NCBI GenBank assembly: GCA_035084275.1
Contig: CM068748.1
Coordinates: forward strand, 3,100,001-3,164,000
From: Hydrolagus colliei
Taxonomy: Eukaryota
DNA: 64,000 nt
Reading direction: 5' to 3'
Positions 24,813-36,287 of this stretch are shown here, piece after piece. Position 1 is the stretch's first letter; each line of letters opens with the position of its first letter. Under the pieces are notes generated by a model. It searched no databases. It was not told where the DNA came from and saw only the letters and a list, made by a program, of their open reading frames with translations. Both the position numbers and the translations under genes were made by a program.

Positions 24813-27211
24813 AAACTGTATACAATAGAATAGGTTCTCCTCTGCACCATCTCTGTAAACTTTGTACAAATTCCTGAGCTAGCGTTATGAAGACACTCTC
24901 GTCGGTAATATTCATTCAATAATAATATATTGAGCTTTTCATGCATTATAAATTTGTGTTGTTCAGCCCTCCGGAATGCACACTCTCTCCCTGGAAGGAC
25001 ACATCCCACCTACCTAATACCTAAATATTAGGCACATTGGCAAGAGCCAAGGCTTGGGGAACTCAGAATGTGCTTTGGTGTATTGCTGGAGTCTAACCAG
25101 CTAAAAATTCATAGCTTGTCATTGATATTTCTGTCCGGCAAACTTTATCACGCTGTCCGGGAGCAAGCTCATTCCCCCAAACAATGGAACAAATAGTAGA
25201 AAATATAACGTTTCCTATTCCTTCTGAGCAGACTTCCCATGAGTACACGACCCGCTAAAATTGACCTCAGTGTTACGGAGGAGACAATAAGTGAGAGTTG
25301 CTTCAGCCAAGTGGAATTTCTCTGGCTCTGGCTTTTGTGGAACTGGGTCATAGTGGAAGGAAAAAGAAAGCTGACAGTTTCACGAGAGAAGGAGAGGGCG
25401 AAGAGTCGCAGAAGAAAGAGGGAGCAAATTAGTAGACGAAAAGAAATACTCATAGGGTATTTTTCAAAACCAAATCTGTTCTTATGCATGTAAACGGTAC
25501 TCTGTCAATGCCATATTAATGAAATTCCTACATTTATTCAAACTTTACTTACTTTATATCTTGGAAACAGGATTGGGTCTTTGTCCTTTTTAATTGTTCG
25601 TGCGTTTATGATTTTTTAAAACTTTAGTCTGTGCTACACAGAAAGGTTGTCAACAAGATGTATTAAGTGAGCGTGCCCTTTGGAAAAAAAAACTACAGAT
25701 AGTAATGGTTATTTCAACTTTTGAAGAATGAATTAAATTTACAATTTGGAGTGCATTAGCATATTTACTGTCTCATGATAATTTAAATATTGTAGTTTAG
25801 CAAATTCCCCTTGTGAATGTTATGAAGAAAAATGAAGGACGATATAGGCCAAACCAGGTTTCTGTAGCTGACTGATACAAAATTACTTATTATTGTATTA
25901 GCAAAATGATTACCATAAATATTAGAAATGAAGATGACAAAAAGCCACATGTGAGGCACTTCTGCAATGCATTATTTACTGTTTGCTCGCATCGCCACGG
26001 TTAGTGATTCACGACAGCCTCACAACATTTGATAATTATAATGTTAAGACAGATTCATTTTTTGTTAAATGCCGCCCCTGAACTGAATTATCAGAACCAA
26101 AGAGGTCCACTCTGAATTCTTTGCCAGGAATGTAAAATTTCCGAGAGCTCTGTTGAAAGATGGGGCTTGTCAGTATAATGAAGGAGTGTAATATCTTAGC
26201 TTGCATCAACATGGAAATAATACCGCAATCTGACAGATCAGATGCTAAAGGCAGGACCAATCTCGTTGATATTCACATAGCTTTTGCTTATGAAAAATTG
26301 TGTCTTCCCTCGTAAAACAGAAGAGCGGGTTATTGATGAAACAGCTCTATTTATTTCAAAAACGTACCAATGTTAACTTCATTTGATCTTCTGGACTGAC
26401 CTAGAAAACATTGCATGACAGAACAACTTCAAAGACACTGTTGCAACTGTTCTTTCAATGACAGCTATCTAACTTGACGAGTTAAAAAGACAAGAAAAAC
26501 AGACGCATGTTATGCTTTCAATGGGGAATGTTTTTGATACTTGCAAAATCATCTTGTTTGTTTTTTCTATCATATGTATTACAAGCAAAATGATAATGGA
26601 GGTTCAGAGAACCGGTTTGACAGAGACCTACTTGACAGGTTATTTACAATAGGAAATATTTCAACCATTTTTTCATATTACATTCTAAGACAAAAACAGC
26701 AGGATAGCTTACAGTACAATATTATGATTGTCGCCAAATTCAACAGAGTTGAATGATTATTTACTGATGAATTTGGTTGCAAGAATATGACTGACAGAGT
26801 CGTGCATGTTTTTTTTAACTTTCTGTTTGGCCAGATGATGCACAATGATATTTTCTAGCTTTGTACTTTCTTGTACTATGTTCCTATCAGTATTTGTGGC
26901 AAAGTGAAGGGGAGGGGACATTTAACTTAAGACACCCAGATTGAATAACTATTCTGTTCATCAGCAACACTTCCTTTTGCAGTAGTTAATTTGTGCCAAA
27001 CATCTCTTACAGGCAACAATGAGAACCGAGAGGTACCCACAATTAACAGTTAAAACTTTCCAACCTTTACAATCTTGCATTCCCACCCGGGAATTCCTGG
27101 CGCTCGTTTAATTAGCAAGAACAAAATTAAAAACGTTACTGCCACATTGCGATCTACACAGACGACACAGATTTATAGTCGTCCAGAGACAGAAGGGCCA
27201 GATCCAGAATT

Positions 27212-27357
27212 ATAGAACAACCATATAAATTCACAGCACAGAAAAAGGCCAATTGGTCCATCATGTCTGTACTGTCTCTTTGAGAGAACAATCCATTCAA
27301 ACCTATTTACTTGCCTTTCATTCAGGCCTTGCAAATAATCCAGTTTGGGATATCTAC
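27212..27357 (-). mobile_element. CR1 3' tail (left arm of an inverted pair)
   Basis: cacagcacagaaaaaggccaattggtccatcatgtctgt is the reverse complement of the CR1 terminus. Confidence 0.75.
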
Positions 27358-27395
27358 CACGTCTAGTTAAACCACGTTCATGTAAACCTATAAAA

Positions 27396-27543
27396 GTAGA
27401 TAATTATTTTGCGAGGACAAGTTTGCAGGCTTATGTGGAGAGTCGTGGAGTGGAATGAATTTGGACAGCTCTTCTAAAAGAGCTGGCACATACACGATGG
27501 CCCAAATGGCCTCCTTCTGTGCTGTATAATTCTACGATTCTAC
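27396..27543 (+). mobile_element. CR1 3' tail (right arm of an inverted pair)
   Basis: gagctggcacatacacgatggcccaaatggcctccttctgtgctgtataattctacgattcta; ends in the CR1-type (ATTCTRYG)n repeat. Confidence 0.85.
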
Positions 27544-28179
27544 GTGTTTCAAATTGAACATTTTTGGAATAACTCAATTCCTATCTTTAATCAAATGTTT
27601 GCCTCAGCAGTAAGGGGACAATTGGTACCTCAATGCCAAGTGTTAAGGCTGCACCAGCTTATTTCTTGGCAACGCCAAGGCTCAGCCTACTGCAGAATCT
27701 CCGCAATAATGTCGTCATGTTAGCCGATTGAGAAAGTTTCCGCTGGAACAGATACTGCATCAGTTGTAACACAATCCCCAGCATTATAACATCCATTGGG
27801 TTGGTATTAACCATTCCCTTTTTCATATAACTAAAAATATATTTAGCAGCAGGCTGACTTAATGGAGCCATGATTTCTTTACATCATCACATTCTCCTCT
27901 ATTATTACCATGGTTATATTATCTATCTTGGAAGTCAATGGACCAGAAACCGGATCACTTTGAGCAGCATTTTGGCTTACTCTTTTAAGAAAAACATTAT
28001 TATTACTGTTAATAATAAGACATTCTGCAGCACACAAATAGACACGGCAGCTTGACAATATGTTTTCATTGCATTCTTTTGTGAGTGATATTTCTGGATG
28101 GTTTCCAGTCCAAAAAAAGGTTCCAATTTTACCTATACAGCACGCAGATGGATTAGAGAACAGTTTTTAACCGTTTCTC

Positions 28180-28750
28180 TGACACTAGGATCTCCTCCCG
28201 ACATGAAAGGCACTCTACAAGTGTAATTTTGTTGTTGTTGTTTCCCCTTTTATTTCACCAATGTTCTCATCTTTTCTTTCTCCTGACACCACAGATTGTT
28301 TGTTTTATCCTTCATTACGTGGTTGCCCACTCTCCAGTGCTATAGCCGAGTGACCGTTACTCATTGTAAATCCAGAGAATAAGTGTTATACTCCATTTGA
28401 CTGTGTTGTTCTTACCCAATATCCACACTTGAGCACTTTTTGGTAAAGGTCACGTTTGTCGCGTTTCGCCCACAAATGTACAGTCAATTCACTTTACAGT
28501 ATATTCTGTGAAGCGCTTTGAGACGTCTAGAAGATGTGAAAAGCGTGATATCAAATACAAGGATTATTATTATTATAAAGTCACACATCAGGGGTCCCTC
28601 CATAATCCAATTGGAACGCCAACATTTCTATCCCAGCTGAGGTCAGTTAACACGGCACAGACTGGGAATTGAACCTGTGACCTTTTGTTTAGCTTAGTGC
28701 CACAGCAACTCGGCTGTGCTTCTACCCAGCAGATCATTGGGAGTGTGACC
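28180..28750. mobile_element. L2-B tail (28180-28242, plus); family B SINE (minus, ~28255-28750) interrupted by a young SINE (28454-28575, plus)
   Basis: Head cagctgaggtcagttaacacggcacagactgggaattgaacctgtgacc; nested near-consensus SINE tail. Confidence 0.75.
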
Positions 28751-29097
28751 GACTGATTGATCCTAATGTGAAAAATGTTTTCACAAATGAGCTGACAGAA
28801 CAAATCAGGGAACAATGAAGTTATGATTTCTGACATGGTGATTTTTGACCCTGCAGTGCTATTAGGAAAGTGGACGTGATGGACGGAGGGAGGGAATAAA
28901 AGTCGGAGACTGGAACAGATCAGGTTCCTCTGGTGAACTTCTGGCTGCCAACTGGTAACAAAGTGCTGGTATAATGCCACCACCCATAAGCATGTGGGGC
29001 CTGGTAGGGAGAAATAAAGTATAACAGATGGATCAGTTACCCCATTTCTCCGCATGACATAGTGAGAAAATACATCACTTTCTATGATACTGAGGCA

Positions 29098-29260
29098 ATA
29101 AATAATATAATAATAATAATCCTTGCATTTGCTATTTCAAGTAATCAAGTCTTTGAGAGGTCCTAAAGCACTTCACAGAATTTACTGCAAAGTGAATTGA
29201 CTGTAGCAAATTTTGTGGGCAAAACGCGGCAGCCAATTGCGCACAGCCGTGTCCCAGGCA
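29098..29260 (-). mobile_element. Young SINE 3' half
   Basis: (TAA)n ccttgcattt..gcggcagccaattgcgcacagc. Confidence 0.85.
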
Positions 29261-29264
29261 GTTC

Positions 29265-29500
29265 TCAGGTTCGATCCCTGGGATCTTCCTGAACCATTCA
29301 AATTAGCTGATCTCAGCAAGAGCAGTGGTGGTAATGCTATAGTTATGCCCCAAAACCTTTTGATCTGAGGAAAAAGAAAAATCACGGAATTCTTGGTTGC
29401 AATTACAATGCAGGAAAAGACCTTCTGGCTATTGGATGAACCTTGGATAGGATTTGAGCCATGATGTCCCTTAGAGTCAAATAACCTGACATCAATCACT
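29265..29500 (+). mobile_element. Family B SINE 5' part
   Basis: B box caggttcgatccctgg, then aattagctgatctcagc. Confidence 0.65.
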
Positions 29501-29899
29501 GGGGTCTACCACATGCTTAAATACTTAAAACAATGATCTTTACATGGATTGATACTATGAATAATGAATGAGTGTGACAGCCCCCCACAACACATCCAGG
29601 AAGATGGGCAGTTGTTTGCGGTAGCTCAGCAGGACAGGAAAAGAGTATTTATTATAAGAGAGAAAAAAAGGAGACAAAATCATTCTTTATTCATTTATAT
29701 CTAATGTTTCTTAAATAAATGTAATTTTTTTTTTTAAAGTGATATTTTAGGAAAATCTTAAATGGAAATGTGAATTTTTCCACTAATATTGTGTCAATAT
29801 GGTTCACAATGGAAACAGAGCTATATGATTCTGCAGTTAAATACTGTAAAAAAAAATCATGTTTGCTATTGCTGTTGTTATTTTCCTCTATATGACTTA

Positions 29900-29955
29900 C
29901 TGCCTGATGTGAAAGGCGCTATACATGCGTAATTTTGTTGTTATTGTTGTTGTTG
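29900..29955 (+). mobile_element. Isolated L2 tail (type B)
   Basis: cctgatgtgaaaggcgctatacatgcgtaatt(TTG)n. Confidence 0.75.
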
Positions 29956-32219
29956 CTTGAGTTTCACATAAAGAGCTTAACATGCAGTGGAAGTGTCTAA
30001 GATCTAGCATATTCAGAGCTTTCTATCACTCAACAAGTGTTGTAGGGAATTGAAACAGTTGAGCACATATTTTATTCAATGTAGTAGATGACAGTAAATA
30101 TAAAGATGCATTTTACATTTTTTAAAAATACTTATTTTAAGACCCGGAGCTAAAATCACACTCACGACATGACTCATTGAGGAAGCAAGTTTTATTTCGG
30201 GTGAAATCGGCTCTAACTATTCTACGTGCAGGGGGAACGGAAACCAAATACAGTCATGGGGATTGAGGGACATGCAAGAGAGTAGTCCCAATTCTACAGT
30301 TGAACAATTCTGATCTCATGAAAGAATGCAAAACCTGAAAATTATTTCTACAATAACCAGATCACACGTGTGGTACAAGGCTCATCTCAAGTAATGTGTT
30401 TTTGGGGGGCTGGTGGGGGGAATGGGGTGGGGGCTGGGGGGTGGGGGGGGGGGGGGGAACATTCCAAACAAGACAAGAGCTGCCAACCAGGACGCATAAT
30501 GTTTCGACTTTCATTGTTGATAACATTCACGCAAACTCTGAAATTGCCTGTTTGCAAATTGCAAGCTAGTACTGCCGAACAACAGAGTGAATGTGAACCT
30601 CCTGTTGAGAATTCTGCACAGTGCGAACACCAGTCTGAAAGCATTGAGGTCCCACGTGCCTATTTGTCAGTATTTTGTATTATACCAGTAGCTGAATATG
30701 CCTGTGCTGTCACAGCAGTGTCATTGACTCTTTTGCTGAAATGGATTTCTGTGACATTTATATATCCTTGGGGCCTCTGTTAGCTTTGCCTTCTAAACAC
30801 CAATCCTTCGCTCAAGGGAAGGTGGCCTGATGCAGGGGGAAAACAAAATTCTTTGTGTATTAACGGAAAATTCATCAGCTTTCTGCTGTTTCACAAGACA
30901 ACAATTGAAAGACTGACCCACATCTCTTTAGAATTTGTGCAGTTTCAATTATAATATATTTTAAAGATAAATAATCGTATATTGGGTGGAGGGGGAGTGT
31001 ATGTGTGTGTGGGGGTGGGGGGAGGTGAGAAATAGTATGATGATTATCACTTGTGACAATTATTCGACTCCATATCCTTATTCCAACCCCTTCCTTTATA
31101 ACTTATTTTGACATGTTATTTTCATGGCAAGTTTTTTTTTACAAAGGCACTGCTCTATTTGTGACTAATTATATTATATGTGTATCCTGGATCTGGGATG
31201 AATTACTCTACATTGTTTTTAATATGTTCCATTACCCGTGCATATCAAGTGATTGATGTTGGCATCACCTAATCATGATTTGGGGCTATATCAGTTTCAA
31301 AAAAAGGCTTCGAAACATCGTAATAGGATGTTAACTTTGATTCTGGTAAACATGCAGGTACAAAGGACTCATCTTTTGTCTACCAGTGAAACAGAATACT
31401 GAGAGCTATGAAATCCATGTATTAAATGACTAAAAACATTCATACAAGGCTGTGTGGTAAAGGTTTTGCCCGTGGCTATTTGAGGCAAGCCTGCCCAAGG
31501 CTCACTTCTACCATTGTGTCATCTTTGTATTTTCAAAATCTCTTGGCTTGACAAAATAATTCAAGATAAATACTCTGCACTTGTGGACAGCCTTGGAATT
31601 CTTAAACACAACAAGCTGTTGGTGTTTTGATGCACAATTATTAACACTGTTTAGCAACGCTATCATGAAAAAAAGTTAACGACACATGTAACTTTTCCTT
31701 GACTCATACGACGTCTTGGGGACATAATTCCTAAACCATGATGGAGGATGGTGAGCTGAAAATAGGTAGCAGTAATTTTGAATTTGGGAGTTATGTTATT
31801 ATTCCTCCCATTCACCTCACAACAGATCTGGATATGTTGACAGATGCACATTTTGTCTCCAAGCAGAAGCTGATGTCCCATTTACTTTAGGAACATTCAT
31901 AGAGCCAGGGCAAAGAACCATTGCTGTCAATGGAACCAACCATCATGCTGTCCCTTTTCAGCCAGTGGATCTTTAATGAGGGACTGTTTTTAAGGGGTGA
32001 GTGACATTGTGAATACATTGATGTATATGTTGTGCTTATCTTTAATTCTTTGAGTACAAAACATATTTTCATAAAATGACTTTGGGCATACAAGTTTAAG
32101 AAATGTACTGTATATTAAAAACTAGAATTAGCAAAATGCATTGACTCCTAACGGAGTTAGCAAGCAAATGGGTCGGTTGCCTGTTGTGGCATTGAGTTGT
32201 AGGCAGCAGCATATTTTAT

Positions 32220-32650
32220 CCATGGTCTGGGTGAATTAGCTGATCTGAGTGCTTTTTGGGATAGGGATGGGAAAAAACAGCCAATGGCACCAGCTGGAAA
32301 AAGTGTGTGTGTGTGGACTACTCTGTAATGGAAAGTAACCTCGAAAATTACATTTCCAGGTTTCTTTGTTGAAGAAATGCAGAGAAGCTGAATTTAGTAC
32401 AAACTCTCTCCAAGCCTGTTCTGTGTTTGATTCACATTGCAGTAAAACATTGGGTACAGGAGAGGATGGGCCAGGTGGAGATCTTTTATAACAGTATATA
32501 TTTTACAATTCAAATTCATATTATTTCTGCCATTGTGCTTGCCTTCGATTATATTCTTGCCCTTTGCCTATATAATGTCGATTCCCCTTACTGTAAAGTG
32601 TGAGTGTATGGATGTCAGGTGATGACAGGATAAAGCTTGGTTGTGATGAA
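32220..32650 (+). mobile_element. Family B SINE fragments (32220-32315, 32585-32650)
   Basis: gaattagctgatctgag..gggaaaaaacagcca; tggatgtcaggtgatgacaggataaagcttggttgtgatg. Confidence 0.55.
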
Positions 32651-32674
32651 TCCTTCTCTCCCTCCCCCCACAAT

Positions 32675-33000
32675 TGGTAACAACAATTTGCACTAACCTA
32701 GCACATTTCAAGACATCTCAAATTGCTTTCCAATCATGAATGGGAGCCCGATTTGGGCGGGTGATATGAATGGGAGACTGATTTGGGAGGACAATATTGG
32801 GGAAGTGGCCTGAGGCGCTGTCCGAGTGATACAGCTTTAGATGTAATTCCAAAGCAGAGATGGTGGGAATGAGGCAGTGGGACCTCAGAAGAGAATTCCA
32901 GAGGGTGGGGGAAAGAGACTGTCTGCTAATTGTGAGATGGAACAGGCAGGGGCATGTAAAAAGCCAGATTTAACAAAGCTGAGGGAATGCCCAGGGGAGT
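32675..33000 (-). mobile_element. Old L2 3' fragment
   Basis: aacaacaatttgcac..; gagaattccagagggtgggg is the reverse complement of the PTLWNS coding block. Confidence 0.55.
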
Positions 33001-33350
33001 GGATTCAGAAGAAATTGTGGATATAAAATGGACCATTGTCCTGTTATGTGGCACTTATTCAAATGGCCACTGAAATGAACATGAAGTGCAACAGGTTAAT
33101 TTGGCCTTTGATGTTTCTTCTGTGTTGGGAGTTTTCTGTAAGCCTTCTCTCTACCTCGCACGACAGTCTGGCTTAAATCAGGAACTCACCATGTGGGCCA
33201 TCTAAATGCAATGCTGCTTCTTACAGATTCATCAGTGCTTTCTTACAGTAAACCATCACGCTGACAGGCAAAGACTAAGTAACAGTTCCAAACTTGTTAC
33301 AGTTTGGTTTCTGGATTCTCCGAATCACCACTTTGATCTCCACTTATTTA

Positions 33351-33713
33351 TAATAATGATAATATTAATAATATTAATAATCCTTCCATTTGATATAGCG
33401 CATCATCACTTCTTTGAGACGTCTCAAAATATACTGTAAAGTGAATTGACTGTATATTTTGTGGATGAAACGCAGTAGCCACATGCCCACAGCAGTGTTC
33501 CACAACAGACCTGATGAATTAGAGTGACTAATTTATTATTAACCCGGAAAGGCGATACACTAATCGACTAACAACCGGGTTCCTACTTACTGCTAGGTAA
33601 TCAGTGGCAACTGGAGAGAGGAAACTTGCCCAATGTTTTTCCCTGCCCAGAAATCGAACTCAGTTCCTCTTGCTTGCGAGGCGAGTGCTCTAACCACTAA
33701 ACTACAGGACTCC
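33351..33713 (-). mobile_element. Full-length tRNA-derived SINE (young family)
   Basis: Minus strand: ggagtcctgTAGTTTAGTGGttagagcactcgcctcgcaagcaagaggaactgaGTTCGATTTC (Pol III A and B boxes), ttgggcaagtttcct, body, L2-type tail with (TTA)n. Confidence 0.9.
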
Positions 33714-35499
33714 ATTTTGCACTTTGTGATTGAATAGCCCTGAAGGGTTGATCCAAATAACCGCATGACTTTGCACAATGTTTGTGTAATATCAGCTATG
33801 TGCCACAAAATGCCCAATGCCATCGCTCAGCATCAAATAACGGGATAAAATAATCTCACCTCAGATGCCACACAGACAATCCTGTTTTATTTCAAACTAT
33901 ACAATGATAACAAGGATTTCAACAGAATAAAGTGCTAAAAAAAAATGCAAGATCTTCAGTTTACACTTCAATATGTATGCCAATTGTTAATTAAACCAAC
34001 TGGTTAGAAATGTCACTTGAATCCTTTCACAACCCTTCCTAGACCTCAAATGGCACCCAGTCTTAGCCTGTAAATATAATTTGTCTTATAATTTTAAGAT
34101 CACACAGAATTGTGAACAACAAATCCGAAATCCAGTCATCGTTTGAAGCCAATTTTCCACAATACATTTCAAGACAAAATGCTGCTCAGGCTCTACATAA
34201 TCTGGTGGGGGGGCGGGGGGGAAGCTTTTGTATTAACATGGATGAAATAGAGATTTAAAGGAAACACATGCGAGTTAAGAGATAATGATATTGCTTATTT
34301 GGCTGGCCATTTTGCTCATCTATTAGGTAAAAGCAAAACAACACACCTAACACTGCATACCCAATGCCATGAACATGGTCATGTGAATAATTTGTAAATA
34401 TTCATCTTTAAACTACTGTCCCGTTTTACCTGCTTAAACATACTCAGAATAGTACAGTTTGCTGGTTTTATCGCAGACAAAAATATTGCTTTAAAAATGT
34501 ATCTGTCTGCATAACCTTTTTCCTTTTCTGCAGCCTCTGCTCGATTAAATGCCAGCAATGTCAGATAGTGCGCGATTAACTGAAAGGGCAGGTTTTACTT
34601 TAATAAAAAATGAGGTCTGTTGAACTGTCTGACAGTATATCATAAAGATAAAAATGTGTACAAAATATTCTCTGCTTGGTTCCGTCTAATATTATTGCAT
34701 CATTAATTATTTTTATTGCAGTACGGGCAGAGACTGCCTGGTGCAGAGGACACTAATATATTCAGATGCTGTAAACCATTTTGCTATTGATGCTTGAAAG
34801 AACTGCTATTTTATAGTTTTGTAAGCTTTAGGATATTTCCCCAACTCCCGAATGTAATCTTAAACATAGGCACCAGAAGTTATCTTTGTGTTGTGCTCAT
34901 CAAGGTGAACAATGACAGTATTTGAGTAGTTTAATCTGCTATATCCCTTGACAACAAAAGGCTTTCATTTCAGGTATAGCACAGTTTATATTCTAGCAAG
35001 TGATCCCTTTGCTTAACAAATAGTGTGTCCTACCCTCATCATTCTCAGCAGAGCACTTGCACAAGTGTTATTGTACAACTGCAGCAAACCAGCATGACAT
35101 TTAAATTTCTCCCATATCTATTTATATGGTCTGTCAGCCTGAAATTGCCCAAATAATGCCAAATTAAGGACTGTTTTATGTAGTGGAACTGAATTTGAAA
35201 CAGCTCAAACTCATTGGAATCTGTAGTATTAATGACATTCATAACAGAGAGGAAGATTTCATTCTATCTGCCTGGCAGGGACGCAGATGCAGGATTTGAA
35301 TGGGTTAGTGTTGCTGTATAAACCACTGCATAATCCCAGGAACTTTGTTCTTAACATTAGATAGTTTGATTGCACAGTTTTCCAAGGACAAAAATCTTGT
35401 GCTCATTAACAAATGGATTTAGTCATAAAAAATGACTGTCATTTTTTTGCTGTCATTGATTGGAACTGTAGTTGCTAAGAGCAGCATTTTGTGGTCTTT

Positions 35500-35683
35500 A
35501 TTCACTCCTTCCCTCTCTCTATCCCTTTGCCTCAGCCCCTCCTTTCCCATCTTCATGTCGCGCCTGAAGACCTTTCTCTTCACCCACGCTTATGGCCTCC
35601 TGGCTTGGCCTTGGGCACCATCATTGTAAAGTGTTCAAAGATGTCGCCTGTCGTGAAGGGTACATAAATCCAAGTTGTTGTTG
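35500..35683 (+). mobile_element. L2 3' fragment (type A)
   Basis: ..FMSRLKTFLF.. plus tail gtgaagggtacataaatccaag(TTG)n. Confidence 0.8.
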
Positions 35684-35751
35684 TACTTGGTGGTGTCCTG
35701 CATAAAACATTTACAGGAGTTGACCTGTATTATTTTAATAAAATCGGTTCT

Positions 35752-36287
35752 AATGCCCTCCTCGCCGGTCTCCCCTCCACCACAATCCATAAAATCCAAC
35801 TCATTCAAAACTCTGCTGTCCGCATTCTCAGCCGCACCAAACTTCAGTCCCTCGTTACCCGAGTCCTTGCCAGACCTCACAGGCTCCCTATCCCAGGGAG
35901 GATCGATTTCAAGATCCTCACCCTTGTTTTCAAATCCCTCCACTCCTCTGCACCCCACTACCTCTCCGACCTCCTCTCTCCTCAAACCAGAACCTGCTGC
36001 CTTCGCTCCACCGGGTCTGGCCTCCTCCTTATCCTCCGATCTACCCTTGGCGACCGTGCCTTCACCCACTATGCCCCGAGACTCTGGAACTCCCTTCCTC
36101 ACTCCCTTCGTCTTGCCTCCTCTCTTCCCAGTTTCAGGTCTCAGCTAAAGACCTTTCTCTTCGACCATGCCTTTGGTAGCATTTCTACCCCTGCCCCTGG
36201 CTCGGTCGTGGGATCCGCTATTGTGAAGTGCTCTGAGACGCTGACTGGCGTGGAGGGCGCTATATAAATCAAAGCTGTTGTTGTTGT
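35752..36287 (+). mobile_element. 5'-truncated L2-clade LINE (type A)
   Basis: NALLAGLPSTTIHKIQLIQNSAVRILSRTK..RIDFKILTLVFKSLH; collinear with 21790-22333; tail ggcgtggagggcgctatataaatc(TTG)n. Confidence 0.95.

Noticed and set aside
33640-33713. tRNA-like sequence with A and B boxes
   Set aside because: It is the head of a SINE, directly joined to the SINE body and tail, not a tRNA gene
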